Shown here one piece after another: positions 45,403-54,719 of a stretch of DNA of 64,000 bases. Every line of letters starts with the position of its first letter. Position 1 is the first letter of the stretch. The DNA comes from an uncultured Actinomycetota bacterium (lineage in GTDB: Bacteria > Actinomycetota > Actinomycetes > Streptosporangiales > Streptosporangiaceae), in the NCBI GenBank assembly GCA_963844655.1, contig CAWJPA010000006.1, positions 667,633-731,632 of the forward strand, read 5' to 3'. Under the pieces are notes generated by a model, which ran no database searches, was not told the DNA's origin, and saw only the letters and a list, made by a program, of their open reading frames with translations. Made by a program: the position numbers and the translations under genes.

Positions 45403-47427
45403 GTGCGGACGATCGCTGAACTAGGCCAGGCCGGAAGCAACGGCTCCCGAAGCGGCGGCGACCGTTACAGATGGGTAGCGCTCTCCAACACCACCCTCAG
45501 CATGACGATGGCGACGATCGACGCCTCCATCGTGATCATCGCAATGCCCGCGATCTTCCGCGGCATCCACCTGAACCCGTTGACGCCAGGCAACATCAGC
45601 TACCTGCTGTGGATGATCATGGGCTACCTGCTGGTCCAGTCCGTGGCGGTGGTGACGCTCGGCCGGCTCGGCGACATGTACGGCCGGGTCAAGATCTACA
45701 ACCTCGGCTTCGTGGTGTTCACGCTGGCCTCGATCGCCCTGTCGCTGGACCCGTTCCTCGGCAGCGCCGGCGCGCTGTGGCTGATCGGCTGGCGCGTGGT
45801 CCAGGCGTTCGGCGGGGCCATGCTGATGGCCAACTCGGCCGCGATCCTGACCGACGCGTTCCCCGCCAACAAGCGCGGCATGGCCCTGGGCGTGAACCAG
45901 ATCGCGGGCATCTCCGGGCAGTTCGTGGGGCTGCTGCTCGGCGGCCTGCTCGCCGCCTGGGACTGGCGCGCGGTGTTCTGGATCAACGTGCCGATCGGGA
46001 TCTTCGGCACGATCTGGGCCTACGTCAGCCTGCGCGAGATCGCCACCACCAGGCGGGCCCGCATCGACTGGGCCGGGAACGTCACGTTCTTCCTCGGCGC
46101 CGCCGCTCTGCTGGCCGCGATCACCTACGGCATCCAGCCCTACGGCGGCCACCCCACCGGGTGGACCAACCCCTGGGTGCTGGCCGGCCTGATCGGCGGC
46201 GTCGTGCTGCTGGTCACGTTCGGGATCATCGAGACCAAGATCGCGGAACCCATGTTCCGGATGAACCTGTTCCGGATCCGGGCGTTCGCGGCCGGGAACG
46301 CGGCCAGCCTGATGGGCTCGATCGCCCGCGGCGGGCTGCAGTTCATGCTGGTCATCTGGCTGGCCGGGATCTGGCTGCCGCTGCACGGCTACAACTATGT
46401 CGACACGCCCCTGTGGGCAGGCATCTACATGCTGCCGCTCACCGCGGGGTTCCTGATCGCGGGCCCGATCTCCGGGGCGCTGTCGGACCGGTACGGCCCG
46501 CGCCCGTTCGCCACCGCCGGCCTGCTGCTGGCCGCGTGCGCGTTCACCGGGCTGATGCTGCTGCCGGTCAACTTCCCCTACTGGCTGTTCGCGCTGATCA
46601 TCTTCGGCAACGGCGTCGGCTCCGGGCTGTTCGCCTCGCCCAACACATCGGCCATCATGAGCAGCGTCCCGGCCGAGCACCGCGGCGCCGCGTCCGGGAT
46701 GCGCTCCACGTTCCAGAACTCCGGCATGTCGCTGTCGATCGGCATCTTCTTCTCGCTGATGATCGCCGGGCTGGCCAGCACGCTCCCGCGCACGCTGACC
46801 AGCGGCCTGCGGGCCCAGGGCGTCCCGGCCGCCATCGCCGCGCACATCGGCAACCTGCCCCCGGTGAGCACGCTGTTCTCCGCGCTGCTCGGGTACAACC
46901 CGGTGCGCGGCCTGCTGGCCCCGTCCGGCGAGCTGAGCAGGCTGCCACGGCACAACGTCGACGTGCTGACCGGCAAGCAGTTCTTCCCGAACCTGATCTC
47001 CGGCCCGTTCCACCACGGCCTGATCATCGTGTTCAGCGCGGCGGTCGCGATGTCGGTGGCCGGCGCGCTGATCTCGCTGCTGCGCGGTCGGCAGTTCTAC
47101 TACGACGACGCGGGCGCGGCCGCCGCGGCCGCCCCGATACCGCCCGCGCGCACTGTGCCTTCCATCCCGAACGCAAACTCCTCGGCCTGGCTCACCCGCC
47201 CGCCGGACGGACCCTGCGCGGGCCGAGGGCAGCGCCTAGCCGCTCAGGACTTGACCAGGCGCGAGACGGCCGCGGCGGCCTCGCGAACCTTCTCCTTGGC
47301 CTCCGGGCCGCCCTCCTCGATGGCCTCGGTCACGCAGTGGCCGAGATGGTCTTCGAGCAGCCCGAGCGCCACCGCCTGCAGCGCCCTGGTCACCGCGGAG
47401 ACCTGGGTGAGCACGTCGATGCAGTAG
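45403..47427 (+). CDS. MFS transporter, DHA2 (14-TMS) family, with long C-terminal tail
   Basis: MATIDASIVIIAMPAI, GRLGDMYGRVKIY, VVQAFGGAMLMANSAAIL and about 14 hydrophobic segments. The last ~100 aa are non-membrane, and the final 184 nt overlap csoR on the opposite strand. Confidence 0.85.
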   Translation: MRTIAELGQAGSNGSRSGGDRYRWVALSNTTLSMTMATIDASIVIIAMPAIFRGIHLNPLTPGNISYLLWMIMGYLLVQSVAVVTLGRLGDMYGRVKIYNLGFVVFTLASIALSLDPFLGSAGALWLIGWRVVQAFGGAMLMANSAAILTDAFPANKRGMALGVNQIAGISGQFVGLLLGGLLAAWDWRAVFWINVPIGIFGTIWAYVSLREIATTRRARIDWAGNVTFFLGAAALLAAITYGIQPYGGHPTGWTNPWVLAGLIGGVVLLVTFGIIETKIAEPMFRMNLFRIRAFAAGNAASLMGSIARGGLQFMLVIWLAGIWLPLHGYNYVDTPLWAGIYMLPLTAGFLIAGPISGALSDRYGPRPFATAGLLLAACAFTGLMLLPVNFPYWLFALIIFGNGVGSGLFASPNTSAIMSSVPAEHRGAASGMRSTFQNSGMSLSIGIFFSLMIAGLASTLPRTLTSGLRAQGVPAAIAAHIGNLPPVSTLFSALLGYNPVRGLLAPSGELSRLPRHNVDVLTGKQFFPNLISGPFHHGLIIVFSAAVAMSVAGALISLLRGRQFYYDDAGAAAAAAPIPPARTVPSIPNANSSAWLTRPPDGPCAGRGQRLAAQDLTRRETAAAASRTFSLASGPPSSMASVTQWPRWSSSSPSATACSALVTAETWVSTSMQ

Positions 47428-47525
47428 ACGTCCTCATCCACCATGCGCTGCAGCCCGCGCACCTGACCCTCGATCCGGCGCAGCCGCTTCAGGTACGCGT
47501 CCTTGTCCTGCGTATACCCTCGCAC
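47244..47525 (-). CDS. csoR: CsoR/RcnR family metal-sensing transcriptional repressor (C-H-C copper-type ligand set)
   Basis: 93 aa. KRLRRIEGQVRGLQRMV, YCIDVLTQ (Cys) and EDHLGHC (His, Cys). The GTG start is preceded by TAATCT at a 6-nt spacing on the minus strand. Confidence 0.85.
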   Translation of the reverse strand: MRGYTQDKDAYLKRLRRIEGQVRGLQRMVDEDVYCIDVLTQVSAVTRALQAVALGLLEDHLGHCVTEAIEEGGPEAKEKVREAAAAVSRLVKS

Positions 47526-47581
47526 AGCTAGAGATTACCCCGCCCAGGTCACCGGCACCCTGGCCTAGGCTGCGCGGACGT

Positions 47582-47697
47582 CTGGGGTCGTCCCCAGGCG
47601 GCCAGCGCGGCGAAGCCGGTGCCAGCCGCGACGGCCGGCCGGAGGTCGGCCCGAGCGGATGGCACGCGGGGGGGGTCCTGGGGGGTCGTCCCCCCGG
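47582..47697. repeat. two related G-tract/C-tract hairpins about 96 nt apart in the csoR / fmdB-like intergenic region
   Basis: CTGGGG-TCGT-CCCCAG (47582-47597) and, in the second copy, G6-TCGT-C6 (47680-47695). The second copy is preceded by a run of eight G (47668-47675). Confidence 0.6.
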
Positions 47698-47703
47698 GCT
47701 AAT

Positions 47704-47720
47704 ACAGCTAGACTTAGCTC
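47704..47720 (+). promoter_or_regulatory. candidate -10 TAGACT (47709-47714) 6 nt before GTG 47721 (leaderless)
   Basis: ACAGCTAGACTtagctcGTG read directly. The 9-mer ACAGCTAGA also occurs at 47524-47532, at the csoR start. Confidence 0.35.
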
Positions 47721-47936
47721 GTGCCGCGATACGAGTACCGCTGCCGCGCCTGCGGCGACACGTTCGAGCGGACCCGCCCGATGAGCGAGTCGTCCGCGCC
47801 ATGCACCTGCCCGCAGGGCCACGACGACACGGTGAAGCTGCTGTCCACCGTCTCGGTCGGCGGCCGGGCCGGCTCCGCGGGGCCGGCGTCCTCCGGCGGG
47901 GGCGGCTGCTGCGGCGGGGCCTGCGGCTGCGGCTGA
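47721..47936 (+). CDS. FmdB family zinc-ribbon regulatory protein
   Basis: MPRYEYRCRACGDTFE...CPQGH plus a Gly/Cys-rich tail GGGGCCGGACGCG, the typical CxxC_CxxC_SSSS architecture. Confidence 0.8.
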   Translation: MPRYEYRCRACGDTFERTRPMSESSAPCTCPQGHDDTVKLLSTVSVGGRAGSAGPASSGGGGCCGGACGCG

Positions 47937-47941
47937 CCGTC

Positions 47942-49375
47942 TTACCCGGCGAACCGCTCGATCTGGCGCATCTTGTTGGTCGCGTCCAGCGCCGCGACCT
48001 TGTACGACTCGGCTAGTGTCGGGTAGTTGAAGACGGCGTCCACCAGGTAGTCGATGGTGCCGCCGCAGCCCATCACCGCCTGGCCGATGTGCACAAGCTC
48101 GGTGGCGCCGGTGCCGAACACGTGCACGCCGAGCAGCGTGCGGTCGTCCGGCGAGACCAGCAGCTTGAGCACCCCGTAGGAGTCACCGATGATCTGCCCG
48201 CGGGCCAGCTCCCGGTAGCGGGACACGCCGACCTCGAACGGCACGCACTCGGCGGTGAGCTGGTCCTCTGTCTTACCGATGAAGCTGATCTCCGGCAGGC
48301 TGTAGATCCCGATCGGCTGCAGCAGGTGCGCGGTGTGCACCGGCTCACCGCAGGCGTGGTGCGCGGCCAGGCGCCCCTGCTCCATGGACGTGGCGGCCAG
48401 GGCGGGGAACCCGATCACGTCACCCACCGCGTAAATGTGCGGCACCGTGGTCCGGAAGAACTCATCCACCTCGATCCGGCCACGCTTGTCCGCGCTCAGC
48501 CCGGCCGCCTCCAGGTTGAGGTCCTCGGTGGCACCCTGGCGGCCCGCGGAGTACAGGACCGTCTCGGCCGGGATCCGCTTGCCGCTGGCCAGCGTCGTGA
48601 TCGCGCCCCCGTCATGGGCCTCGACCGAGGTGACGGTCTCGCCGAACCGGAACGTCACCGCGAGATCCCGCAGGTGGTACTTGAGGGCCTCGACGACCTC
48701 CAGGTCGCAGAACTCCAGCATCCGCTCGCGCTGCTCCACGACCGTCACCTTGGTGCCCAGGGCGGCGAACATCGACGCGTACTCGATGCCGATCACCCCG
48801 GCGCCCGCCACCAGCATCGACCGCGGAACCCGCTGCACGTGCAGGACCCCGTCCGCGTCGATGATCGTCTTCTCGTCGAAGGCGACGCTGTCGGGCCGGG
48901 CGGGCCTGGTGCCGGTCGCGATCACGATGTCCTTGGCGCTGGCCTGGCTCATCCGGCCGTCGTCGTCGGTCACCTCGACCGTGTTGGGGCCGGTGAACCG
49001 CCCGGTGCCGGCCAGGATCGTGACCCCGTTCCGCACCAGCTGGCTGCGCACGACGTCGCTCTCCCGGCCGACGACGTGCTGGGTCCTGGCGGTCAGGTCC
49101 GCGATCGTGATCTCTTCCTTGACCCGGTACGCCTGCCCGTACATCTCGCGCTGGTCCAGGCCGGTCAGGTAGAGCACAGCCTCCCTGAGCGTCTTGGACG
49201 GGATCGTGCCGGTGTTCAGGCACACCCCGCCGAGCATCCGCGGCCGCTCAACGACGGCCACCCGGCGCTCCAGCTTGGCCGCGGCGATCGCAGCCTTCTG
49301 CCCGCCGGGTCCTGAGCCGATGACTACCAGGTCGAAGTCATGCACCCCCTTAGTGTGACTAAGCCGACCTGGCAT
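47942..49375 (-). CDS. sthA: soluble pyridine nucleotide transhydrogenase (Si-specific NAD(P)+ transhydrogenase)
   Basis: [24 protein letters not shown] (single Cys, Thr in place of the second Cys as in SthA), a second dinucleotide fold [12 protein letters not shown], and a C-terminal dimerisation domain. Confidence 0.85.
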   Translation of the reverse strand: MPGRLSHTKGVHDFDLVVIGSGPGGQKAAIAAAKLERRVAVVERPRMLGGVCLNTGTIPSKTLREAVLYLTGLDQREMYGQAYRVKEEITIADLTARTQHVVGRESDVVRSQLVRNGVTILAGTGRFTGPNTVEVTDDDGRMSQASAKDIVIATGTRPARPDSVAFDEKTIIDADGVLHVQRVPRSMLVAGAGVIGIEYASMFAALGTKVTVVEQRERMLEFCDLEVVEALKYHLRDLAVTFRFGETVTSVEAHDGGAITTLASGKRIPAETVLYSAGRQGATEDLNLEAAGLSADKRGRIEVDEFFRTTVPHIYAVGDVIGFPALAATSMEQGRLAAHHACGEPVHTAHLLQPIGIYSLPEISFIGKTEDQLTAECVPFEVGVSRYRELARGQIIGDSYGVLKLLVSPDDRTLLGVHVFGTGATELVHIGQAVMGCGGTIDYLVDAVFNYPTLAESYKVAALDATNKMRQIERFAG

Positions 49376-49397
49376 GGAAAGCCCGTAACCGCCCTGT

Positions 49398-52220
49398 TCA
49401 CGGCGCGATCACGTCAGCGACGGGGAAATCCCCCACCGTGACCGCCGGGAACACGTGCCCGGTGGCGGCGCTGACCGGGGTCACCTGGCCCGCGTAGGTG
49501 TCGAGCACCAGGACGTCCCCGCCGGGCCGCCCGCGGTCGATGGCCAGCGGGTAGTCGTACAGCCCGACCGAGATCGCGTGACCGGCCCGGTTGGTGGCGG
49601 TGCTGACCGGCGTCACGGTCCCGGAGATCGTGTTCACCACGTAGGCCGTGCCGCCGGACCGGGAGATCGTGACCGACGCGGGGGCGTACCCGACCGGGAT
49701 CGGCGGGCCCGGCTGGCCGATGGCCGTGGCGATCGGGGTGACCGTGTCGTTGTCACCGTTGACCACGTACACGGCCCGGCCGCCGGGGGTGATCGCGATG
49801 GCGTCCGGGGCCTGGCCGACCGGGATCGGGCGGCCGGGGCGCCGGGCGCCGGCCGCGATCGGGGTCACGGTGCCCGAGCCGAAGTTGGCCACGTATGCGG
49901 TCCGGCCGCCGGGGGCGACGGCGATCGCGACCGGGAACGCGCCGGTCCTGATCGGGTGCCCGGCCCGGTTCGTCGCGGTGGCGATGGGGGTGACCGACCC
50001 GCCTTCCCAGTTCAGCACGTACAGCGTCCGGCCGTCCGGGGTGAGCGCCATGGCCTTCGGGTAGGCCCCGGTCCTGATCGGCGGGCCGGCCTGGTTCGTG
50101 GCCACGGCGATCGGCGTGACCGTGTCAGACCCGGCGTCGGTCACGTAGGCGGTCTTGCCGTCCGGCGTGATCACGATCGCCTGCGGGTCGGCGCCCACGG
50201 CGATCGCCGGGCCCGCCTTCCGGGTCACCGTGTCGATCGGGGTCACCGTGCCCGACCCGGAGTTGACCACATACGCGGTGCGGCCGTCCGGTGTGAGCGC
50301 GATCGCCTGCGGGTCCGCGCCCACACCGATGGCCCGGCCCGCCTTGCGGGTGACCAGGTTGACCGGCGTGACCGTGCCGGGGGTGACCGTGCCCAGGCCG
50401 TAGTTCACGACGAACGCGGTCGGGTCGGCCAGCGGTTTGGCCGCCGCGCCGGCAGCGGCCGGTGCCTGTGTGGCCGCGCGCTGGGCGGCCGCGGGCTGGG
50501 CACTGGCGGCGAGAGCGGCCGCGGCGGCCGCACCGGAGGCGGGCGGGCCGGCCCCGGGGATACCCGCCGGCGTGGCCGCGCCCGGCTCCTGGGCGGTGGA
50601 GCCCGGCGTCGCGGCGGCCGCTGAGTCACCGGCCGACGGCCCCATGCGGCCGGTAAAGACATCGGTGGTGGGCGCGGCGTAACGGTCGTTGTTCGTCAGG
50701 GTGCCGAGCCCGAGTACGCCCTCGATGGTCCGGAGCAGGCTGTAGTGGGTGTAGCGGACGGGCGAGACATAACCCTGCCGCACGCCCCGGGAGCCGATGA
50801 CGAGCGTGGCCACCTTCTGCGCGGGATGCTGGTGGTCGTAGTTGTCCTCGTCGAACGTGATGATGGCCAGCGACCGCTGCCTGGTCCAGGCGGGTGACCG
50901 CATGATCAGGCCGAGCTGCTGACGGAGGAAGTCGTCCCCGGCCCTGATGCCGCAGCCCTCCATGTCAAAGCAGTCGTCCGGGGCGACCCAGGCGAAGTTC
51001 GGGGTGGTGGACGCGCGGCTCAGGTCGGTCGCCAGCGACGGCAGCGGGACCAGGTGCGTGGCGCAGTAGGACGGCCGCTGCCTGACGTCCTTGAAGTACA
51101 TCATCGGCTGGTCGTCGTCCCAGTAGTTCACGTGGACGGTGTCGTCGCACGGCCCGTTGGCGCTCTGCAGGTACCCCTTCCACGACTCGCCCGCGGCGGT
51201 GACGAGGTCGCCGATGTTGGGCGCGTTGATCGTGTACAGCGGGTTCTCCTCCGCCGGGTCGGTCAGCGGGACGCCGAACGTGCTGCCTCCGGCCAGCGCG
51301 AGGTAGTTGCCGTCGCTCGGGTGCTCCTCGGCGAAGAAGTTGCCGAGCAGGCTGGCCTTCGGCAGCAGGCTGTTCAGGTACGGCGCCTGGGCCGTGTTGC
51401 CGATGACCTGGCTGAAGTCCTCGTTCTCGAAGTAGAAGAGGAACACGTGCTGGTAGCGCGGCAGGTGCGCGGACGGCGCGGTCAGCACCTGGCGGCGGGC
51501 CGGCACCGACACGCTGAACCGCAGGCCGTCGGCGACGGCGCGGTCATACCCGACCCACGGCGCGTCCGGGCCGTCGTCGTTGGTGAGCGACGTGGTGAGG
51601 TCCAGCGCGAGCTCGACCGAGCGCGTGCCCGCGGGCACCGGGCCGGTGCCACGGCGCCACGCGTACTCGGGGTGCGCCGCCGACCCGGATCCGCCGACCG
51701 GGCCGATGCGGTGGGTGGCGAGGGTCTGGCCGGTGCCGGACAGGAAGATCACGTCGAACTCGGCATGGCTGGTCCTGGTCCCGCCCAGCCAGCCAGACAC
51801 CGCGAACCGGGTGCCCGCAGGCACGGGCTGGCCGGCTCCGGTGCGCAGCGGCCACTGCTGGGTGAGCTCCGCCGTACCGCCGGCCCCGCCCGTGAACAGC
51901 TGCCGGCCCCGGCCCCGGGTGCCGGCGTCGGCCCGGCCGGGAAAGCCGGCCGTGCCGTAGCCGACCACGGTCGGCAGCCCGCGCCGGATCTGCCAGCCGG
52001 GGATGGTCACGGCGTCCGCGCCGTGGGCCGAGGTCGCCCCCGCCTCCGCGCCGCCGTTGACGATGAGGTTGGCCTCGGCCGGGGCCGGGCGCGGGCTGGC
52101 CGGGGCCTGCGGGCCGGGTGGCGCCGCGCTGGCCGGCCCGGCGGTGCCCGCCAGCGCGCCGAGGCAGATGATTCCCGTGGCCAGAACGCTAGCCACACGG
52201 CGGCCCATGAGTCCGGTCAT
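49398..52220 (-). CDS. secreted multidomain protein: signal peptide, beta-sandwich (CBM-like) domain, phosphoesterase (AcpA/PLC family), Ala/Pro linker, 8x YVTN beta-propeller repeats
   Basis: ATG 52220 is preceded by AGGAAAGG. Signal peptide [32 protein letters not shown]. Phosphoesterase core [12 protein letters not shown]...[14 protein letters not shown]...ITFDEDN. The C-terminal 339 aa consist of about 41-aa repeats ending G(S/T)VTPI. Confidence 0.8.
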   Translation of the reverse strand: MTGLMGRRVASVLATGIICLGALAGTAGPASAAPPGPQAPASPRPAPAEANLIVNGGAEAGATSAHGADAVTIPGWQIRRGLPTVVGYGTAGFPGRADAGTRGRGRQLFTGGAGGTAELTQQWPLRTGAGQPVPAGTRFAVSGWLGGTRTSHAEFDVIFLSGTGQTLATHRIGPVGGSGSAAHPEYAWRRGTGPVPAGTRSVELALDLTTSLTNDDGPDAPWVGYDRAVADGLRFSVSVPARRQVLTAPSAHLPRYQHVFLFYFENEDFSQVIGNTAQAPYLNSLLPKASLLGNFFAEEHPSDGNYLALAGGSTFGVPLTDPAEENPLYTINAPNIGDLVTAAGESWKGYLQSANGPCDDTVHVNYWDDDQPMMYFKDVRQRPSYCATHLVPLPSLATDLSRASTTPNFAWVAPDDCFDMEGCGIRAGDDFLRQQLGLIMRSPAWTRQRSLAIITFDEDNYDHQHPAQKVATLVIGSRGVRQGYVSPVRYTHYSLLRTIEGVLGLGTLTNNDRYAAPTTDVFTGRMGPSAGDSAAAATPGSTAQEPGAATPAGIPGAGPPASGAAAAAALAASAQPAAAQRAATQAPAAAGAAAKPLADPTAFVVNYGLGTVTPGTVTPVNLVTRKAGRAIGVGADPQAIALTPDGRTAYVVNSGSGTVTPIDTVTRKAGPAIAVGADPQAIVITPDGKTAYVTDAGSDTVTPIAVATNQAGPPIRTGAYPKAMALTPDGRTLYVLNWEGGSVTPIATATNRAGHPIRTGAFPVAIAVAPGGRTAYVANFGSGTVTPIAAGARRPGRPIPVGQAPDAIAITPGGRAVYVVNGDNDTVTPIATAIGQPGPPIPVGYAPASVTISRSGGTAYVVNTISGTVTPVSTATNRAGHAISVGLYDYPLAIDRGRPGGDVLVLDTYAGQVTPVSAATGHVFPAVTVGDFPVADVIAP
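49401..50417 (-). repeat. coding tandem repeats (about eight units of ~123 nt) encoding YVTN-type beta-propeller blades
   Basis: The recurring peptide pattern ...A(Y/F)V.N..(S/D).(T/S)VTPI...T...G..I.VG..P.AIA.TPDG.. is seen eight times. Confidence 0.8.
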
Positions 52221-52512
52221 CGCGATGGCCTTTCCTGACACGGGTGGTGCCCGCAGCGACCAGGCACGCCTGTTTTTACTGCTGTTTGACCGTTCAGTTA
52301 TGGTATCGGGGGACTTGGCCGGGGTCCAGACTCCGGCGGTGGCGGGCCGGTGAAATGCGGCCGTCATTCCCGGAAATGGCCGGGTCTGCGGCCGGCCGTC
52401 CGGCCGTCCGGCCTTGGCCCGCGCCAGGTCACGGAATGGCCGGCCTAGCCCTCCTTCCTACCTGCCCGGGTACCCTGGCGCCGGGAGCTCATCAGGTACC
52501 AGAGGAACGCAT

Positions 52513-53289
52513 ATGACGCCGATCAGTGCTGATCGCTGCTACGCCGAGATCGAGGCCAGTACCGAGACCCTGGCCGGGCTGGTCGACGGGGCCGACCTGA
52601 CCATCCCGGTGCCGACCTGCCCGGACTGGACGCTGCGCCAGCTGGCCACCCACGTCGGCCGGGCGCACCGCTGGGCGGCCGAGATCGCGGCCACCCGGTC
52701 GGCCGAGTTCATCCCGTTCCGGCAGGTGCCTGACGGCCGGCTCCCGGACGACCCGGCGGAGCAGGCGCCGTGGCTGCGCGCGGGCGCGGCGCGGGTCATC
52801 GCCGCGGTGCGCGAGGCGGGCGGCGACCCGGTCTGGGCCTTCTCCGGGCTCCAGCCGGCCTGCTTCTGGGCCCGCCGGATGGCGCACGAGACCGCGGTGC
52901 ACCGGGCCGACGCCCAGATCGCCACGGGCTACCAGGCCGAGTTCGCGCCGGACCTGGCCGCCGACGCCATCGACGAGTGGCTGGGCTTCCTGTCCGTTCC
53001 GGCGCCCGGAGACCCTGACCCGCGCCTGGACGCCCTGCCCGAGGGCGCGGTGCTGCACATCCACGCCACCGACGACGCCCTGAACGGGTCCGGCGAGTGG
53101 CTGGTGCGGCGCGAGGGGTCCACGGTGAAGGTAGACCCCGGTCACGGCAAGGGCGACGTGGCGCTGCGCGGCCACGCCGGGCGGCTGCTGCTCGTGCTGC
53201 TGCGCCGGGTGCCGGCCGATGACCCCCAGGTGCAGGTCCTGGGTGACGCCACCCTGCTCAGCGCCTGGCTCGCGGCCACGCCGTTCTGA
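52513..53289 (+). CDS. maleylpyruvate isomerase family mycothiol-dependent enzyme (DinB-like N-domain)
   Basis: TCPDWTLRQLATHVGRAHRWAA and FWARRMAHETAVHRAD are characteristic. ATG 52513 is preceded by AGAGGA. Confidence 0.8.
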   Translation: MTPISADRCYAEIEASTETLAGLVDGADLTIPVPTCPDWTLRQLATHVGRAHRWAAEIAATRSAEFIPFRQVPDGRLPDDPAEQAPWLRAGAARVIAAVREAGGDPVWAFSGLQPACFWARRMAHETAVHRADAQIATGYQAEFAPDLAADAIDEWLGFLSVPAPGDPDPRLDALPEGAVLHIHATDDALNGSGEWLVRREGSTVKVDPGHGKGDVALRGHAGRLLLVLLRRVPADDPQVQVLGDATLLSAWLAATPF

Positions 53290-53316
53290 TCCCGGCGGCG
53301 GCCCAGGAGCGCTCGG

Positions 53317-53856
53317 CTACAGCCAGCCCACCCGGGCGCCTGCGGACGGCTCGCCGCCCGGGGCGGCGGCAGTCTCACCGTGCTGCGCCTTCTTCAGCAA
53401 GCGGCCGACGGCGTCCATGACCTCGGGCAGGCACGCGCGCAGGCTCTTGGCGTCGGCGGCCGTGACCTCGTCGGTGGCGACGCCCGCCCGCTCGAGCAGG
53501 CCCTCCAGGTCGGCGAGCCGCTCCCCCACGAACTGCACCGGGTCCCCGGTCAGCTCGGGGTCGAACGCGCGCCGGCCCGGGTCCCAGCCGCGGAAGTTCG
53601 GGTGATGGTGCGCCCGGTCCAGGCTGCCCGGCGGCCCGTCGACCGACTCCAGCAGGTCCGCGCGCCAGACCGGCCGGCCCACCTCGATGGGCCGGGAGGA
53701 GAACATGCTCCCGCGCAGCTCGCCCCGCTCGAGCAGCCGGACCTCGAGCCGGACGCCGCGCTCGGCGCCCTCCTGTCCGGGCAGCGGATCCGGGATCAGC
53801 ACGTACATATCGCTGAACAGCACGCCGACCCGTTCGAACCCGAATGCATAGAGCAT
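53317..53856 (-). CDS. hypothetical protein
   Basis: ATG 53856 is preceded by GGGAGG. 179 aa with ordinary soluble-protein composition (MLYAFGFERVGVLFSDMYVLIPDPLPGQEG...HHHPNFRGWDPGRRAFDPELTGDPVQFVGERL...). The opposite-strand ORF is Arg/Pro/Gly-rich junk. I recognise no family. Confidence 0.5.
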   Translation of the reverse strand: MLYAFGFERVGVLFSDMYVLIPDPLPGQEGAERGVRLEVRLLERGELRGSMFSSRPIEVGRPVWRADLLESVDGPPGSLDRAHHHPNFRGWDPGRRAFDPELTGDPVQFVGERLADLEGLLERAGVATDEVTAADAKSLRACLPEVMDAVGRLLKKAQHGETAAAPGGEPSAGARVGWL

Positions 53857-53932
53857 GCCGCCTCCCGCAGCCATCGCCGTCCTGACCATCGTCACAGGCG
53901 CGGCGGCCTCGCGCCAGGGCGGGCCAGCGGGG

Positions 53933-54562
53933 CTACCTCGGATCGGGCCGGTCGACGTTCCAGTGCCGGGTGACCGAGGCCAGCCAGCGCTCCTCGCCCA
54001 CGGGCCGCAGCAGGAAGCGGGTGACGATGCGCTGACCGCCCTCGTAGTCGCCGTAGAGCAGGTCGATCGTCACCGGGTCCCGGCCCTTGACCGCCGCCTG
54101 GGCCGCCTCGTGCCGGGGATCGGCCGGATCACGGAACGCGCCCTGCCAGAAGCCAGTGTCCCCGGACGGGATGTAGAGGTCCCTGGTCTGGTGGGTGAAC
54201 CTGGCCAAGTCGTCATGGTCATCGCTGCGGTGGTCCCCCGGGTGGAACAGCCAGCCGTGCAGCACGCCGATGCCGCTGCCCGCGTTGCGCACCGATACGG
54301 CCAGGTACACGATCCCGTCGTCATCCTCGGCAGCGGCCCCGCCCCCGGGAATCATCACATGCTTGCCGTCCCCGAAGAACACCTTCTGCTGCCCGTCCTC
54401 CAGCCGGGACGGGACGAGCAGCGGGCGCAGGCCGGCCAGCAGGGACAGCTCGGCGGCGCGGGCCGCCCGGTTCGCCGAGCGCACGGCGGCGAACGTGGCC
54501 ACCGCGAGCACCAGGGTGCCGATACCGGTGGCCAGCGAGGAGACAGCCGTCCAGTCGATCAC
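53933..54562 (-). CDS. hypothetical membrane-anchored protein
   Basis: GTG start. One N-terminal TM helix (VSSLATGIGTLVLAVATFAAV) followed by a ~170-aa soluble domain. I recognise no family. Confidence 0.5.
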   Translation of the reverse strand: MIDWTAVSSLATGIGTLVLAVATFAAVRSANRAARAAELSLLAGLRPLLVPSRLEDGQQKVFFGDGKHVMIPGGGAAAEDDDGIVYLAVSVRNAGSGIGVLHGWLFHPGDHRSDDHDDLARFTHQTRDLYIPSGDTGFWQGAFRDPADPRHEAAQAAVKGRDPVTIDLLYGDYEGGQRIVTRFLLRPVGEERWLASVTRHWNVDRPDPR

Positions 54563-54719
54563 CCCCCGAGCCTAAGCGAAGCGGGCCACCATATGGATGT
54601 ACCACCAGACGGGCCCAAACCCGTCCGCCGGTACGTCCACGAGGCACCCGGGTGCGTGAGCGCGCCCGGAATGCCGGGCGGGCCGGCGGGATTCCGGTGC
54701 GCTGATCGGACGGCACACG

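Noticed and set aside
47526-47720. Canonical CsoR operator or 6C small RNA
   Set aside because: CsoR operators, as I recall them, have C-tract then G-tract flanked by TA; here the order is G-tract then C-tract. The 6C RNA has C-rich loops, whereas here the C runs are in stems. I kept the region as an unexplained structured element instead.
52221-52512. PhoP (PHO box) direct repeats upstream of the secreted phosphoesterase
   Set aside because: One GTTCAG-like hexamer is present (in GACCGTTCAGTTATGG), but there is no second unit at the required 11-nt spacing. This is not enough to call a PHO box.
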